Positions 1 through 14,021 of a stretch of DNA of 64,000 nucleotides are shown here, one piece after another. Made by a program: the position numbers and the translations under genes. Within the stretch, counting starts at the first letter, position 1. Each line of letters begins with the position of its first letter. This DNA is from Rhizodiscina lignyota (taxonomy: Eukaryota): contig ML978121.1 of NCBI GenBank assembly GCA_010015805.1, forward strand, positions 992,001 to 1,056,000, in the 5' to 3' direction. The notes beneath the pieces were generated by a model. It did not search any database and had not been told where the DNA came from. It worked only from the letters and a program-made list of their open reading frames with translations.

Positions 1-953
1 GGTGTTCCAAGGTCCCAAGAGACCATGTGCCTTAGAGGGGCAGTGTTGCTCGTTAAACCATCTGCTGACCGTTGCTGCAATGCAAAGATGTCGATCCGGC
101 GTGAGCTGAGCTTTGAAGGTTGCGACACGGATTGTGAGATTGATATGAGGAGTTTCGAGTGACGTGATGTGGCCAATTGTTCCTCCTCGTCAACGCCGAA
201 TAGCGCAAGAACATCACTCCGTCCCTTCAGAAGTCCTTTCCGCGCAGCTCCAAGATCCATGAGACTAGCAAACTCGACTCTGCTGATCCGCGCGGTTCCT
301 GATGCATCCCTGGAAACCTCCGCAAATGTCTTTTGCCACAACGTATTCTCTAGTTGATCATCCAAGCACTGTATTTCCCCATCTTCATGGACAGCGAGAA
401 CGTCATAACCAGGGTTACTGTTTTGATCGCTACCGGCATGCGGCAGAATATCGACAAAACATACCGGAGCGACGGAATCAGGCAAAGTGAAGGTCTTCTT
501 GCTGGCGGGCGCAGTGTCCGTTCGTTGCACATCTTCAGCAAAGCAGACGAGCTGTGGAGGCCCTATTGGTTTACCGTTCGGCGGTGCACTCGCGGTAGCT
601 GCGTATGTCTGCCGTCTCGCGGGAGAAGCTTTCGTCTTCCTTCTGTATATCGAACATGGTGGAGACGAGAAATATGTCTCCGGTGGGACCGGGTACGACG
701 AGAGAAGCTGTGGGTTTAGGACCTGCAAGATTATCAGTTATTCGCAAATATAAACCAGCAAAGCTATACTCACATCATAAATCCTAATAGCGCCGTTGTC
801 GATACTTGTTGCGATCTCTGCTCGTTTTCGTTTCCTTGAGCCTGCAAAAGTGTGTACCGCACTGGCTTGAATGCGGCCATTTTGCTGGTCGGCAGGAGAG
901 TCGAGGGAGGCGAGAGTCGTAGGAGGACCGTCAATGCCCTTGCTTGAAGACAT
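1..953 (-). CDS. UTP8: Utp8-family U3 snoRNP/t-UTP protein, 5' part (runs off the left edge)
   Basis: ATG at 953; exon 1 MSSSKGIDGPPTTLASL...GSRKRKRAEIATSIDNGAIRIYD; GTGAGT..CAG intron about 773-724; exon 2 VLNPQLLSSYPVPPETYFSSPPCSIYRR. Resembles the N-terminus of filamentous-fungal Utp8-domain proteins as I recall them. Confidence 0.65.
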
Positions 954-1129
954 ACTCGAGCCGTGACCGTCAAAAATCTATGTGCACGCTCAAGCAAGGG
1001 ATTGCGATCATGTTGAATAGTTGCTGCCAAAATCTCGAACTTTTTTGAGGCGGAGACAATTTTGGATGGCCCGAGCGGCCCATAGTTTGCCCGAGATCCC
1101 GGAGATCAGCCAGCTAAATTGATGGCGAG

Positions 1130-1165
1130 ACGCGTGCAGACGCGTGAATTGAATCGTCCACGCGG
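1130..1165. promoter_or_regulatory. MCB (MluI cell-cycle box) cluster in the UTP8/ELG1 divergent promoter
   Basis: ACGCGT at 1130 and 1140 and ACGCGG at 1160, 140-170 bp upstream of the ELG1 ATG. Confidence 0.55.
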
Positions 1166-1300
1166 TTTTTGACTTTGAGGCGTCGCTCCTCCAGCGCACA
1201 TTTTGCTGCTTATCTACTTACACTAATATCCCAAGTTGTCTCTTCGAATGTTTTCTAGGTCAAAGGACCGCGTATGAGGCAATGAAACGGTGGATATTAA

Positions 1301-4300
1301 ATGCAAATGGCGGCCGCGGTGACGAGCGCCATGGATCGTGACGAATCGAGACGATTGCACCCTTTCTTTGGGCCATCGAATAGTATGCTACTGGGCAAAT
1401 GCCACTGATTATATCTAATCATGTCACAGCAAATCAAGCGGCCCTTCTACCGCCCATAAATCCTCAAACCCTCACGCCCATCCATTCACAGACGACCGAG
1501 GCGGCTGATGACCGGTTGGATTCTGATAACAGTGCCTCTAATGTGGAGAAGCGAGCTCCTCAGAAGAGAGACACACGTCCCAAAAAGGCTGAAGTAGCTC
1601 AGAGGGGTATCATGGAGGCCTTCACAAAGAATGGAGTTGTATCAGCATCTGAACCTTCAGACACTACAGAGGAAGCCCCCAAGCACCCGCCTCTCACCGC
1701 AGTGAGAACAGGAACAAGCGATGATGTCTGCTCAGGCTTGGAGGTTGACCCGAATCGGTCGAGGCGCAAGCGCCAAAGAACGGCTTCTTTGAGTGAAGAG
1801 ACTCGTCCTTCGGGCGAAGCAGACATCATCGTTCCCGAACCAGACGCAGAATCGGACGCTCTGTTCGTGGCAAGGAGCCACACGAATCCAGAACATGATA
1901 ATTCAGATGGCTTATCCTGGCACGAGCAGCTGGAGGCCGAAGCCAGAAGATCTGCCGAAGAAGCTCTCGTACAAGCACCGAGTCCACACTCTGAGCCATT
2001 GCGTCGCCCTGGCGAGGATCCTGATGAGCAAATGTCGAGTACACCGCACGTTGATGGTGCTTACGATATCTCCAATACCAATACTACACCGGTGCCGACG
2101 CTCCCGTCTTCCCCACCTGCAGCTCAGCGGACAGAGCGCTCGCAGACTCCACCATCGACTCAGGAGCCACCTCGAAAGATGCTACGACTGAATGTGAAGG
2201 GCAAATTTAGCTCACCTCCATCGAAAAAACCACATATCGTTTCGAGACCACAGGATACCAAAACTGGAGGCAGGGCCACCAAAGGGAAAAAGCGTGTTCG
2301 AGAGCTTGTCGTTGTAATGAAGTACACACCCGTCACTACTGAAGGACGTGCTATTGGACAACAGATCAGTGACATTCTCTCTGGAACTTTGAGGATATCT
2401 GAACAACATTCGACCAAAAATACAACTCTGGACAAGCCTCGTAAACCCGTCGGTCCATCAAAGCCAACGCATCCATTTTTTCTCGGCAAGCAGAATGTTA
2501 ATCCTCAAGCAGAAGCCCCTTCTGCTGCTCCTAAACCTCAAACGAAGCAACTATCTCCCCGAAAGAGCGCTGTTACACCTGGAAAATTAAGGGTTGAAAG
2601 AGCTCAAGCGACATCTTCATCCGTGTCTTTCACCTCTCTAACAGCCCCAGCTGGTATTGTTGGAGCAAGATCAACCGCTTTGCCAAGAACTCCTGGTGCT
2701 CTAGAGTCTCCGTGGCCCTGGCTGGGAGTCGCTCATCTACGAGCCTTCACTGAAGAAGAGCACAATCGCCTGCAGACTCTCTCCCATGATTATAGGCTGC
2801 GAACAGACAATGGCAGGAAGCTTAAACACAGCATCTCGACCGTCTCACAAAATGAAGATCTAATCGCTATCTTGAGCTCACAACTTTCCGGATTCTGTAG
2901 ACATCCTGTGGAACAGGTTGTGTTTCCCAAGAGGTTGCTCACTACTGGAGTTGCTATCCAAGATCGAGTATCCAAGGAACTTGAATGCCATCGCAGGACG
3001 CTCGCACTATCAGGTGGACAGAGTCTAATTGGTGGCTGGGATCATTCTGCTATCAATTCCACCTTCGTGCACCCTGCACTATCTGTGCTGTTCGATGGCA
3101 TCAGAGATACACTGACGCCATTTGACCTTGGTAAGTGGGAGCAGCAGGCATGGACCCACAAGTATGCTCCTCAACGCTCCGCGCATGTACTTCAGACTGG
3201 CAAAGAAGTCTCAGTCTTGCGTGACTGGTTGATAGGGTTGACTGTCATATCAACAAGCAGTGGAGTTCAAGACCCGCAAAAATCCGAGGAGAAAGCCAAG
3301 AAGCGAAAGAAGCGAAAGCGTCATGGATCAGATCTGGATGACTTCATCGTTTCTGGAGACGAAGACCGCATTGAGAGTCTAGATGAATTGACAGACCAGG
3401 AGGATGACGAGCCAGTTCATTTGCGAAACCAGAAAAAATCAGTCGTTCGAGGCCTCAAACGTAATGGCGGCAAAATGGCAAACGTCATTCTTCTCAGTGG
3501 CCCATCAGGATGCGCCAAGACGGCTGCCATCTACGCCGTTGCGAAAGAGTTGGGCTTCGAGGTGTTCGAAATCAACGCAGGTAGCCGGCGGAGCGGAAAG
3601 GACGTCATGGATAAGGTCGGCGACATGGCTGAGAACCATCTTGTTCAACAAGAAGTTGCTAAGGAACTCGAGAAAGCAATGATGGCCAACCAACCCATTG
3701 AAAGCGATAATACAGAGCAAGAAGTCGAGTCGGGGAAGCAGGGTACGATGGACTCGTTCTTTAAGGCTACTCAGAAACCAAAGGCAAAAGCGAAGATAAA
3801 AAAACCACCTTCATTAAAGGCAACTGAGAAGAAAGCAGCAGCTCCAAAGCCACGCAACCAGAAGCAGTCTCTTATACTTCTTGAAGAAGTGGATGTCCTT
3901 TTCGAAGAAGACCAAGGGTTCTGGGCCACTATCCGCGCACTGGCACTGCATTCGAAGAGACCGATCGTAATGACTTGTAATGATGAGAACCTCGTCCGCA
4001 TTGACGAAGATTCGTTGCACGGGATCCTTCGACTTAGTCCACCACCAGTCGAACTTGCAACTGACTATATGCTCCTCATGGCTGCGAAAGAAGGCCATAT
4101 TCTACAGAGGGACGCCGTTCGCAATCTCTACCTCGTCAAACGGCATGATCTTCGAGCAAGTATCATGGAACTCAGCTTCTGGTGTCAGATGGCCGTTGGC
4201 GACCGCAAGGGTGGCCTTGAGTGGATCTATCAACGATGGCCACCAGGTCAAGATGTTGATGAGCAGGGGAGGATTATCAGAGTTGCAAGTCAAGATACCT

Positions 4301-5337
4301 ACCGCTCCGGCCTAGGCTGGTTAGGTGGTGGAGATGTCTTTGAGGATGGCGATCACATCGGCTACAGCAAATACGAAGAGCTTGCGCTCCAGGGGTGGGA
4401 GAGCTGGGGATTGGAGCCTGACTTATGGTGCGAGACCAATCAACCAGCGCTTAAGGATGGAGGACATGATATCTCAAATGAGGAGAACACTTCACAGCAA
4501 CAAAATCTGGCCGAACTTGAGACTGTCTGGAGCCGTACGGATGCACTGAGTTGCATGGACATAGTCTGCCGCGTCGACCTTCCTGGAAGCGATCATTACT
4601 TTTCTCATGTTCCCCTTGATCCGACTTTGCCGCCAACTCCTGAGAAAGCGACTCAGAGTTTCATTGAAGGATATCATCTTCTGCAAGCTGGGCCAACGAT
4701 CGACCATGCGAACACCGATTCGAAATTGGCTTGCCGAATTACTCTTAACGCTTCAAACGGTGCTCCCTACGCACCATTGGGAACTCCAGCAGTGATCCCG
4801 CCAGTGAGAGGAGATGATGAAGCGATGACAAAAATGATTCTCAAGCATGTCGTAGAAAGTGGCCTGTCTCACTCGGCAGGGTCAGAGATCATTACGGCTC
4901 TCGAACCTCTAGCATCAACGACAACGGCCGCTCTATCAACCTCTCAACCAGGCACATCACTGACGTCCCTCGATCGACCTCTTACTATCATAGCGGCAGA
5001 GATTGCACCTTATGTTCGCAGCATCGCGGCGTTTGACCTTCACCTTGAGAACGAACGACTACGTCTCAGCAATCTCATATCAGCGGGTGGGACAAAGGGC
5101 AAGCTGCGCAAGACTCGGGCAGCCAGAAGCGCATTAGAAGGTGGCAGACGAGAAACAACTCGGAGGGAGAGGTGGTTTGCTGGCCCAGTAGCTTTGAATT
5201 TGGCGGCTGTGATGAAAACTGCTGGAAAGGATTGGGCTGGTATAGGCTTCAAGGCACTCGAGGATTCGCGATCGTCTGAGATGAATGTGGATTGTACGGA
5301 TGAAGGGAAGGCAGACTCGGATTCTATGAATGAATAG
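1301..5337 (+). CDS. ELG1: Elg1/ATAD5, large subunit of the RFC-like PCNA unloader (AAA+ ATPase)
   Basis: Exon 1 1301-1382 (MQMAAAV...RLHPFF) and GTATGC..CAG intron 1383-1429 join the long ORF in frame. Motifs WTHKYAP, Walker A-like GPSGCAKT, ELGFEVFEIN, Walker B LILLEEVDVLF, SKRPIVMTCN, DLRA. Confidence 0.88.
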
Positions 5338-5753
5338 AAGAGACATGACCATTTGCATTTTGCTAAGCAAGGGGAACACACATACATAACTTGATATTTA
5401 CACATAGCATGGTGGCTGGCGCATTGCATCGCATATTTAGCGTTCTGGGAATTGCATTCAATCGCTGCAAAGCAATGTGTTCTACGCCTCCGTGGCGTCC
5501 GCGATATCCCAAAACACTGACCAAGAACCAGGCACCCAGAGACCAGATCGCATTGCTATCGCCTATATGGCCGCGGCAACGTCGTGATTCCAAGTGTCGC
5601 AGAGTTGTGAACTCCAATCCCTAAGCCGTACTCAACCCACTCGTTCAACCATTCTCGGCTTTTCAAATCTATGTCGCTCAGGTTATCACATACGTCTTGC
5701 ACCAGTCATTAGGTGCCCGCTCCTCCGAAACGAATTCAAGACGAGGAATGACA

Positions 5754-6243
5754 TCAGTTAGATAAGACTTCATGTCTGGTCCGCTGTGGCTGTCTTTTAA
5801 CACCACATCTTCCGAAAAACTTAGAGAAATAAATCGACTTGCGGTTGTTGAAGTGGGTCAAAGCGGATCTAAATGCAGAGCGTATAGCATCAGGCTCTCT
5901 GTAAAAGAGGCATTCTTTGTCAAATCGATACTCTTGATGGTGGTATAGTTGTCCCGCTGATATTCTCTCCAGTCCCTCGCCCCTCCTCAACTTTGGATGT
6001 TCATATATTGGCTTAAGGCCGATGAACCCAACACCAATTTGCCGAACAGCGCTTTAGTTGTAGAAGGGAGTCTCGCGTGAGCGTAAACCAATAGTGCTCG
6101 ACGTTGTCCTTTGAAAAGCGACGAAATGACTTCTCCCGCAAGATCCTGCAGCTCAAGCGCAAAGAGCATTGTGCTGGTGTTCGCAGAAAGCCGGCATTGC
6201 TATCGATGATCTCCTCAGGGAGTGTGTCAAGAGTTGGTGGCAT
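5754..6243 (-). pseudogene. Frameshifted remnant of an F-box-like gene
   Basis: ATG 6243 gives MPPTLDTLPEEII..FL....CSLRLSCRILR (F-box pattern). The frame stops at 6013, while protein-like sequence (AVRQIGVGFIG...AFRSALTHFNNRKSI) continues in another frame after about 6055. Confidence 0.4.
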
Positions 6244-6610
6244 GCTTGCGGACGGCAATCTGAACGTCAATAATGATCGAAGCCGGATTGTTGAGCTATG
6301 ACTCGCGAACTCCATTGGAGAATAGGAACGATGTCGTCGTTGCACTAGCGGCTTTCAGCATGATGTTGGCTTCAGTCGGGAGGTGTAGCTTTCTGTGCGC
6401 TGTGCGGTGGTTGGTATCGGTGTGAAGGAAGGGAGCACAGTTCAGTGCCCGAGTGAGCGCGTCGATGTACGGCAATACGTTTTGCCTTTAATCGAATCGG
6501 CTCAAGCCGTTTGCTCACTGGCGCGCGGCTGGGCACTTAAGTGAGTTAAAGCGGCTGTAAGATTGGTGCTGTGTGGAAGGTGCAACTCAAAACACAAATA
6601 CGTACATCTT

Positions 6611-8600
<1,990 letters not shown>

Positions 8601-10121
8601 ATTGTCGCTTGACTGAAACCACTCTGACACAAGCAACAGAGACCGAGAAAGGGGCTGGCTGGCGAATGAGAGACAATGCTAACATGATATATGGACGTCG
8701 GGTCCGGGCGTCGGACCCGGACGCAATGCACGATCATGCCTAACCATTCTTTTGGAGTACGGAATGAAGGAAAAGGACTGTCGATCGTCTGTACAATCTA
8801 GCCTGAAAACTGCCCCGGCGCTCTGAAAGCGCCACGGACGGTGGAAAACCTGCCTTGCTCGTAAATTGAGTCTCCTTACGGTTTAGGCATACAATTCGTA
8901 CACTACTGCAGGTCGCGAAGGCGAACACTACCAACAATGTATTAAGTAAGCATAGGAAGAGACGGGGAACCGCATCCTCATGTTGATGTAACGTGACGAG
9001 TTAGGGCATGACTCTCGAGGCTCCTCATCAAATGTGCGCCACCAACTCGGAGCTAGATTCCTAGAAAGCAGTTCTAAACTGTTTTTAGATCGTCGCAGAG
9101 ACCCGGGCAATTTTTGCGAATTGATGACCGAGCAAATTGCAAGGCCGTTGTAGGCGCGCCATGTTGGCTTTGCCGAACATGGAAAAGTGTTTCGATCCTT
9201 ACGATGTGCCACGACGTGTACAGTATGCAACCCATCTCAAAAAGTCCTAGACGAATTGGACATGCTGTTAGCTAGTATTGAGTTCAGGTTGGCTAGCTGC
9301 TAAAGGTATCTCCTGTCAGCTATGATATTGGTGATGGCGTTCTGGCGGGAATCCTGAATCCTGTTCCTGCACGAATGTACCAACGCTCGCATGAGCGTCG
9401 ACTTTTGTTCTAGAGGAAAACCTACATTAAAAACGCCTATCTGGATGCTCAACTGCCCTCTTTCCTGCATTTCATGGAATTTGGTGTGGACCGACGCGGG
9501 GACCGAAGTGAGTTCCCTGAGGATGCAACTTCATTTCCTGTCACTGGACTGCAACAGCAAAAGAATAAATGCACATTTATAAAGCGTGTTTCCAGAGTCC
9601 TGGAAGCGTTATCCGAGGAACACGCAAGTCCTAAGACGTCGAACTTTCAGCATCGGCTCGGCCGGGTAGATGAAGGGCAGAGCGTTGTAGAACCGCATCT
9701 GGAGCAGGGGGTCCGCGGCGATGGGAGAACGAATGTTTCCCATCAAGACATAGCTACAACATCATGGCGATCGTGCTGTCAAGGAGTACGGCTGCTAGAA
9801 TGTCGACCTGGGCCGTCGTCGATTTAAGGGTGCACCTTCTCCGAGATAAGGTTCGATTGAAGGCCCCAGAATAAAACTCCTGGAAACAGGGTCCAGTCAG
9901 CTGCGCACGCGCAAAGCGATGACGCAACCGACTCACCAGGAGATTTGACCTCAATGGAGCCTCGATAACCCAAGCTTAACCTGCTCGAATGCTCAATGCG
10001 AGGACGACTTTACCAAAGCATTATTAGCACGTCCATCTGAGGAAAAGAAAAGAAGGGCCATTGCTCTAAAGGGTGGGCCGTCGCAAAACAACATACAGGG
10101 GAGTGTAGGGATTGGACGATC

Positions 10122-11527
10122 ATGGACGCAGGTGAGTCCGTGCTTCATTGCAGAAAGAATTCAACATCGATCTGGATCATGATAATTGCTCTGTTCACTC
10201 GAGAAATCGAGTTTCATCTCATATGATCATGCCTTACCGGCCTTTAAGCCTTTCCCAGCTGTCAACTGAGATGGTCGTCACTATGCTCTCCGTAATTTCG
10301 TTCCGTACGTGTCTAACTTTGATTACATAGTGGTAACAATATCGAATCAGAGCTGTGCGGACCCATATGTCCTCTACGCTCATGGAAAGTTCTACATGAC
10401 ATACACTGCCGGCAATCGAGTAGAGTTATGGTGCTCCGATAGCCTACTGGATTTTGAGAACAGATGCTCGAAGCACAAGGTTTGGTAAGTCTGGCTCAAT
10501 CGAACAAACACTGCATCGACAAACCCTCAATTCATCGCTGACACCGTGGCAGGCAGCCGCCAGGAGGGAGACCGTATTCGGGTGATGTTTGGGCACCTGA
10601 GTTGCATGCCATTCAAGGCCGATGGTGAGATATCGTGTGTGCGTTGTACGGAGCATTCCTCTTCTAATCGCTTCCAGGTACATATATGTCTCTTGTGATG
10701 ACCCCAAACTTGGCAACAAATCCCATCGCATGTACGTCCTCATCGGTCCGCCAGACTCGCAAGACCCCTGCGCAGGAACGTTCAAGGACGGCAAGCTCGG
10801 AGAATGGCACATATCACACGAACCGCACTGCGTTCGTAACATGCCCGACCAGTGGGCAATCGACGGCACAATCATCCACCTCCAGGGTCAAATGTACATG
10901 GTATACAGCGGCTGGTCACTGCAGCCAACGACCCAGGACCTTCAGCAACTTTACATCGTTCGCCTGAAGTCGCCACTCGAAGCCGACAGCTATCCGAGTA
11001 TGATCAGCACGCCAGACCAGCGATGGGAGTTCAGTGGGAACAAAGGCATCAACGAAGGTCCGCAGTGGCTTGCTGCCCCAGACGGCAGCTGGATCGGATT
11101 AGCATACAGTTGTGCTGGATCATGGACAAGAGATTATAAAATGGCAACGCTGCAATATGTGGGTGGAGACCCACTGGATCCCCGAGCGTGGAGAAAGAGT
11201 CGGGAGCCGCTTATATGTTCGAGGGATAAACCGCCGTTTGGTCCTGGTCATGGCTCGTTCCTCCAGCTAGAAGGCGACTATATCGCCATATTTCACGGCA
11301 CGGACAACGCGACTGATGGATGGGGAAACCGAAAAGCGCGATGTCAGAGGGTAAGATGGACGAGCGATGGCCCACACATGGGTGGCTGTGTAGGTCCGCT
11401 TACGACCGACCTGGATGTCTTCAGAGGTATCAGCCAACCGCCGAGTCACTCTTCGCATCATGGAGGCATGAAGGGCTTCCTCCAGAAAGCCGCAGATAAG
11501 CTTGAGTCAAAGATGAGAGATCTCTGA
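10122..11527 (+). CDS. Glycoside hydrolase family 43 (arabinofuranosidase-like), 4 exons
   Basis: Exon 1 10122-10131, intron to 10330, two further introns. Spliced motifs ADPYV, WAPELH, WAIDGT, INEGPQ, GPGHGSF, IFHG. Confidence 0.85.
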
Positions 11528-11852
11528 GCTATGGGCTCTGCTTCCTACAGAATATGTTACACGCTTGAAGTATTGTTTAGAAACTTTGAGCAAGTAGGCT
11601 CTTCCTCGTTACTGCGTGCTCTGCACCGGGTCCGATGTCAATGATGATTCAGGACCGAAGAATGAGGGACGGATTGCTTCTGTGCTTGGGAACGAGAGAT
11701 GGGTATACGCAGTTTCATTGCGATTCCCTGAAAACCTGACAAAAAGGTGTGCGTTCTCTAAATATTATTAGACTCATCTCTCAGGATTAAATATTCATAC
11801 TCCTTCAGCAAATGTCTCAAAGAATGTAGCACGACCAAGATTATGCTTCGGC

Positions 11853-13304
11853 TTAAGCGACTGGTATCCAGTCTTCCGGTACCTGGCCGTTGACATACTT
11901 CCAGAGGCGGCATTCATCTTTCAGCCTCGATTCATTTGTTCCATTCTCAACTCTTGTCCCATTCGTACGCTGAGAGACGCGTTCCTCGAATATCAGCTCT
12001 ACCGTGTCGTCCATCGCCAAGATGTGGGCACTGAAACGGGCATTCATGAAGTCACAGTCCTCGATGTCCATCACTCCAGTCAAGTCCGCCTTCAGCGGAA
12101 ATATGTTGTCCAGATAGTGCTGATTGAGCTGATGTCCGGATGCGTCTCGCAGGAATAACCTACCCACAAATCGGTGTTTGCCATGTCTCTCGTTCTCTAT
12201 TTCGAAAGTGGACTCCTTCGTGACGGCAGTACTATCTACAGGCGTCCTTGAGCCATTGGATCGCATGCTAGCTGGGACATCGACCACCTCATTCGAGGGC
12301 GGATTGGTTAAGGCCGCTACACCTGCGCGCGGCCGGAAGTGCAGTATTCCGAACCTTGCAACCCAGTCGCCCTTATTCGCGTAGTGTTCAATGTGCTTGA
12401 TGACCCTGTGTTTGCTGTTATCAAAAGGACAGTTCCAGTGGTTGCTTGCATTGCCAAATGTAAAAATTTCCAGTTTTGCAGTTTTGCTTTGGGGAATGGT
12501 GGCGTAGAGTGCGTCGAGCACCATGCTGGCTTCGATTGCGCCCTGAGAATGGGCAATGAGGACTAGCTTCTTCACTTCGTCGTCTTCAAGTAGAGCGGAT
12601 ATCGTTTTGTAAGCCGTTCTGATGTCAAGGGTGGCGTAGCCAAAGGTTCTCTGCAGAATACACTCCATTACGTCGAATGGGATGCCATATGTCCGATTAT
12701 GGATGCCGAGGATGGGCCGATGGAAGGTCCTCGCCAGTCTCTCGAGATTCGACCGCATCCAATGGGAGCTGATGTATCGTTAGCTCTAGATTTGGTTCGC
12801 AGAGATGGCATTAACTTACCCAACCGCCACGCCATTGATAAAGACCCATCTCTCCCCCTTGTGCTTTGGAAATTTGGAGCTCCACTTATCCACTGGTTCC
12901 TTATTGTTACTCGCGTATTCGCCGCCGGCGCCGTAGATGTAGCCAGGTTTGCCATTCAAAAGGCCACAAAAGTATGCATTGCCAGTCATAAAGAGGATGA
13001 TGATCGCTAACCAGACGGGCACGGAGGTCAAAGGGAAGACTGCAGACAGAGGAACACCGATAATGAAGACGGTTTGAGCCGCAAAGAGGACAAAATGAAG
13101 AGAGCTAGCCCATATATTACGCCAGGTGAATGCGAGCTCGTCAAGGTCGCCGGATCCACGTGATTTGAGAGGCAAGACAATGCTGAGAAGACCAGCTGTG
13201 ATTGGCCATGTGAACGAAAGTACGAGGAATAACCAGACGTCGGCTACGAGAAGGAGCAGTGGATCTGAAGTATAGGGAAGTCGTTTAGATGCAGGCATCG
13301 TCAT
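11853..13304 (-). CDS. Conserved fungal membrane-associated alpha/beta-hydrolase-like protein
   Basis: N-terminal hydrophobic helices, WVFINGVAVG then a GTAAGT..CAG intron, GIHNRTYG, nucleophile-elbow LIAHSQG, TFGNA, GHQLNQHYL. Start codon uncertain. Confidence 0.75.
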
Positions 13305-14021
13305 CTGAGCTATTCTGTATAACGCTGAGATATATCTCAATGTTTAACGTCGACGCCGTAGAGAAGATGGGAAGTCCAGCGATCAGTTGCACTTTGATGG
13401 TATCTGGAGAGGAAGTCGTATTTGAGAAAGTGTCGAAGTTCGGCAGGGTGAGACGCAACCCATGACGAAATATGATAGAGGCGCGACCCTTGCGAATATT
13501 AGGCAACTATCGTTTTGATTGCGGTTCGAAGGTCGAGAAGGCGAGAAGGCGAGAAGGCGGTGCCAAGGAAGGGAAGAAGGTCCACCGCATGTTTGACGGA
13601 TACAATCCAGAGCGGTCGTCTCTGCAATTGTCTTAGCTTTCTTGGTGTCTTTCTGATAGGCGTTGAACTCCAAAAGTCATTGGCAGACAGAACACTTACT
13701 ATTTCAGCTCTAGATAGGAGAGCTGGGCACTCACCGGTCAAGTGACGACTCATAAGACTTTCACATGCCGCATGCCAAAACTGCCCTTGTCGGTCCAGCT
13801 GAATGTTCTCATGCAGAATATGCGTTACACTGCAGCGCAGCCCTAATTTTGTGCCGTGTGGCATGTGGAGATTAAATGCTGTTTCCTACAATGACCGCTG
13901 AGGGCCTTGCTCCGTACTCCGGCAAGAGCCCCTTTTCAATTGAATTATCCACTTAGTCAACCAGACCATTGCTACCCATCGATCAATCAGTGCCCGAATT
14001 CACTTCACCATCAGTCGCTGG

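Noticed and set aside
8740..10100. Short ORFs and a weak hairpin (about 9583-9624) between the esterase and GH43
   Set aside because: No coding signal or RNA gene motif; consistent with a divergent promoter region.
11641..11740. Possible box C/D snoRNA (ATGATGA ... CTGA)
   Set aside because: No convincing terminal stem and no rRNA-complementary guide I could recognise; lies between two convergent 3' UTRs.
13534..13557. (CGAGAAGG)3 short tandem repeat
   Set aside because: Only three units; ordinary slippage with no sign of function.
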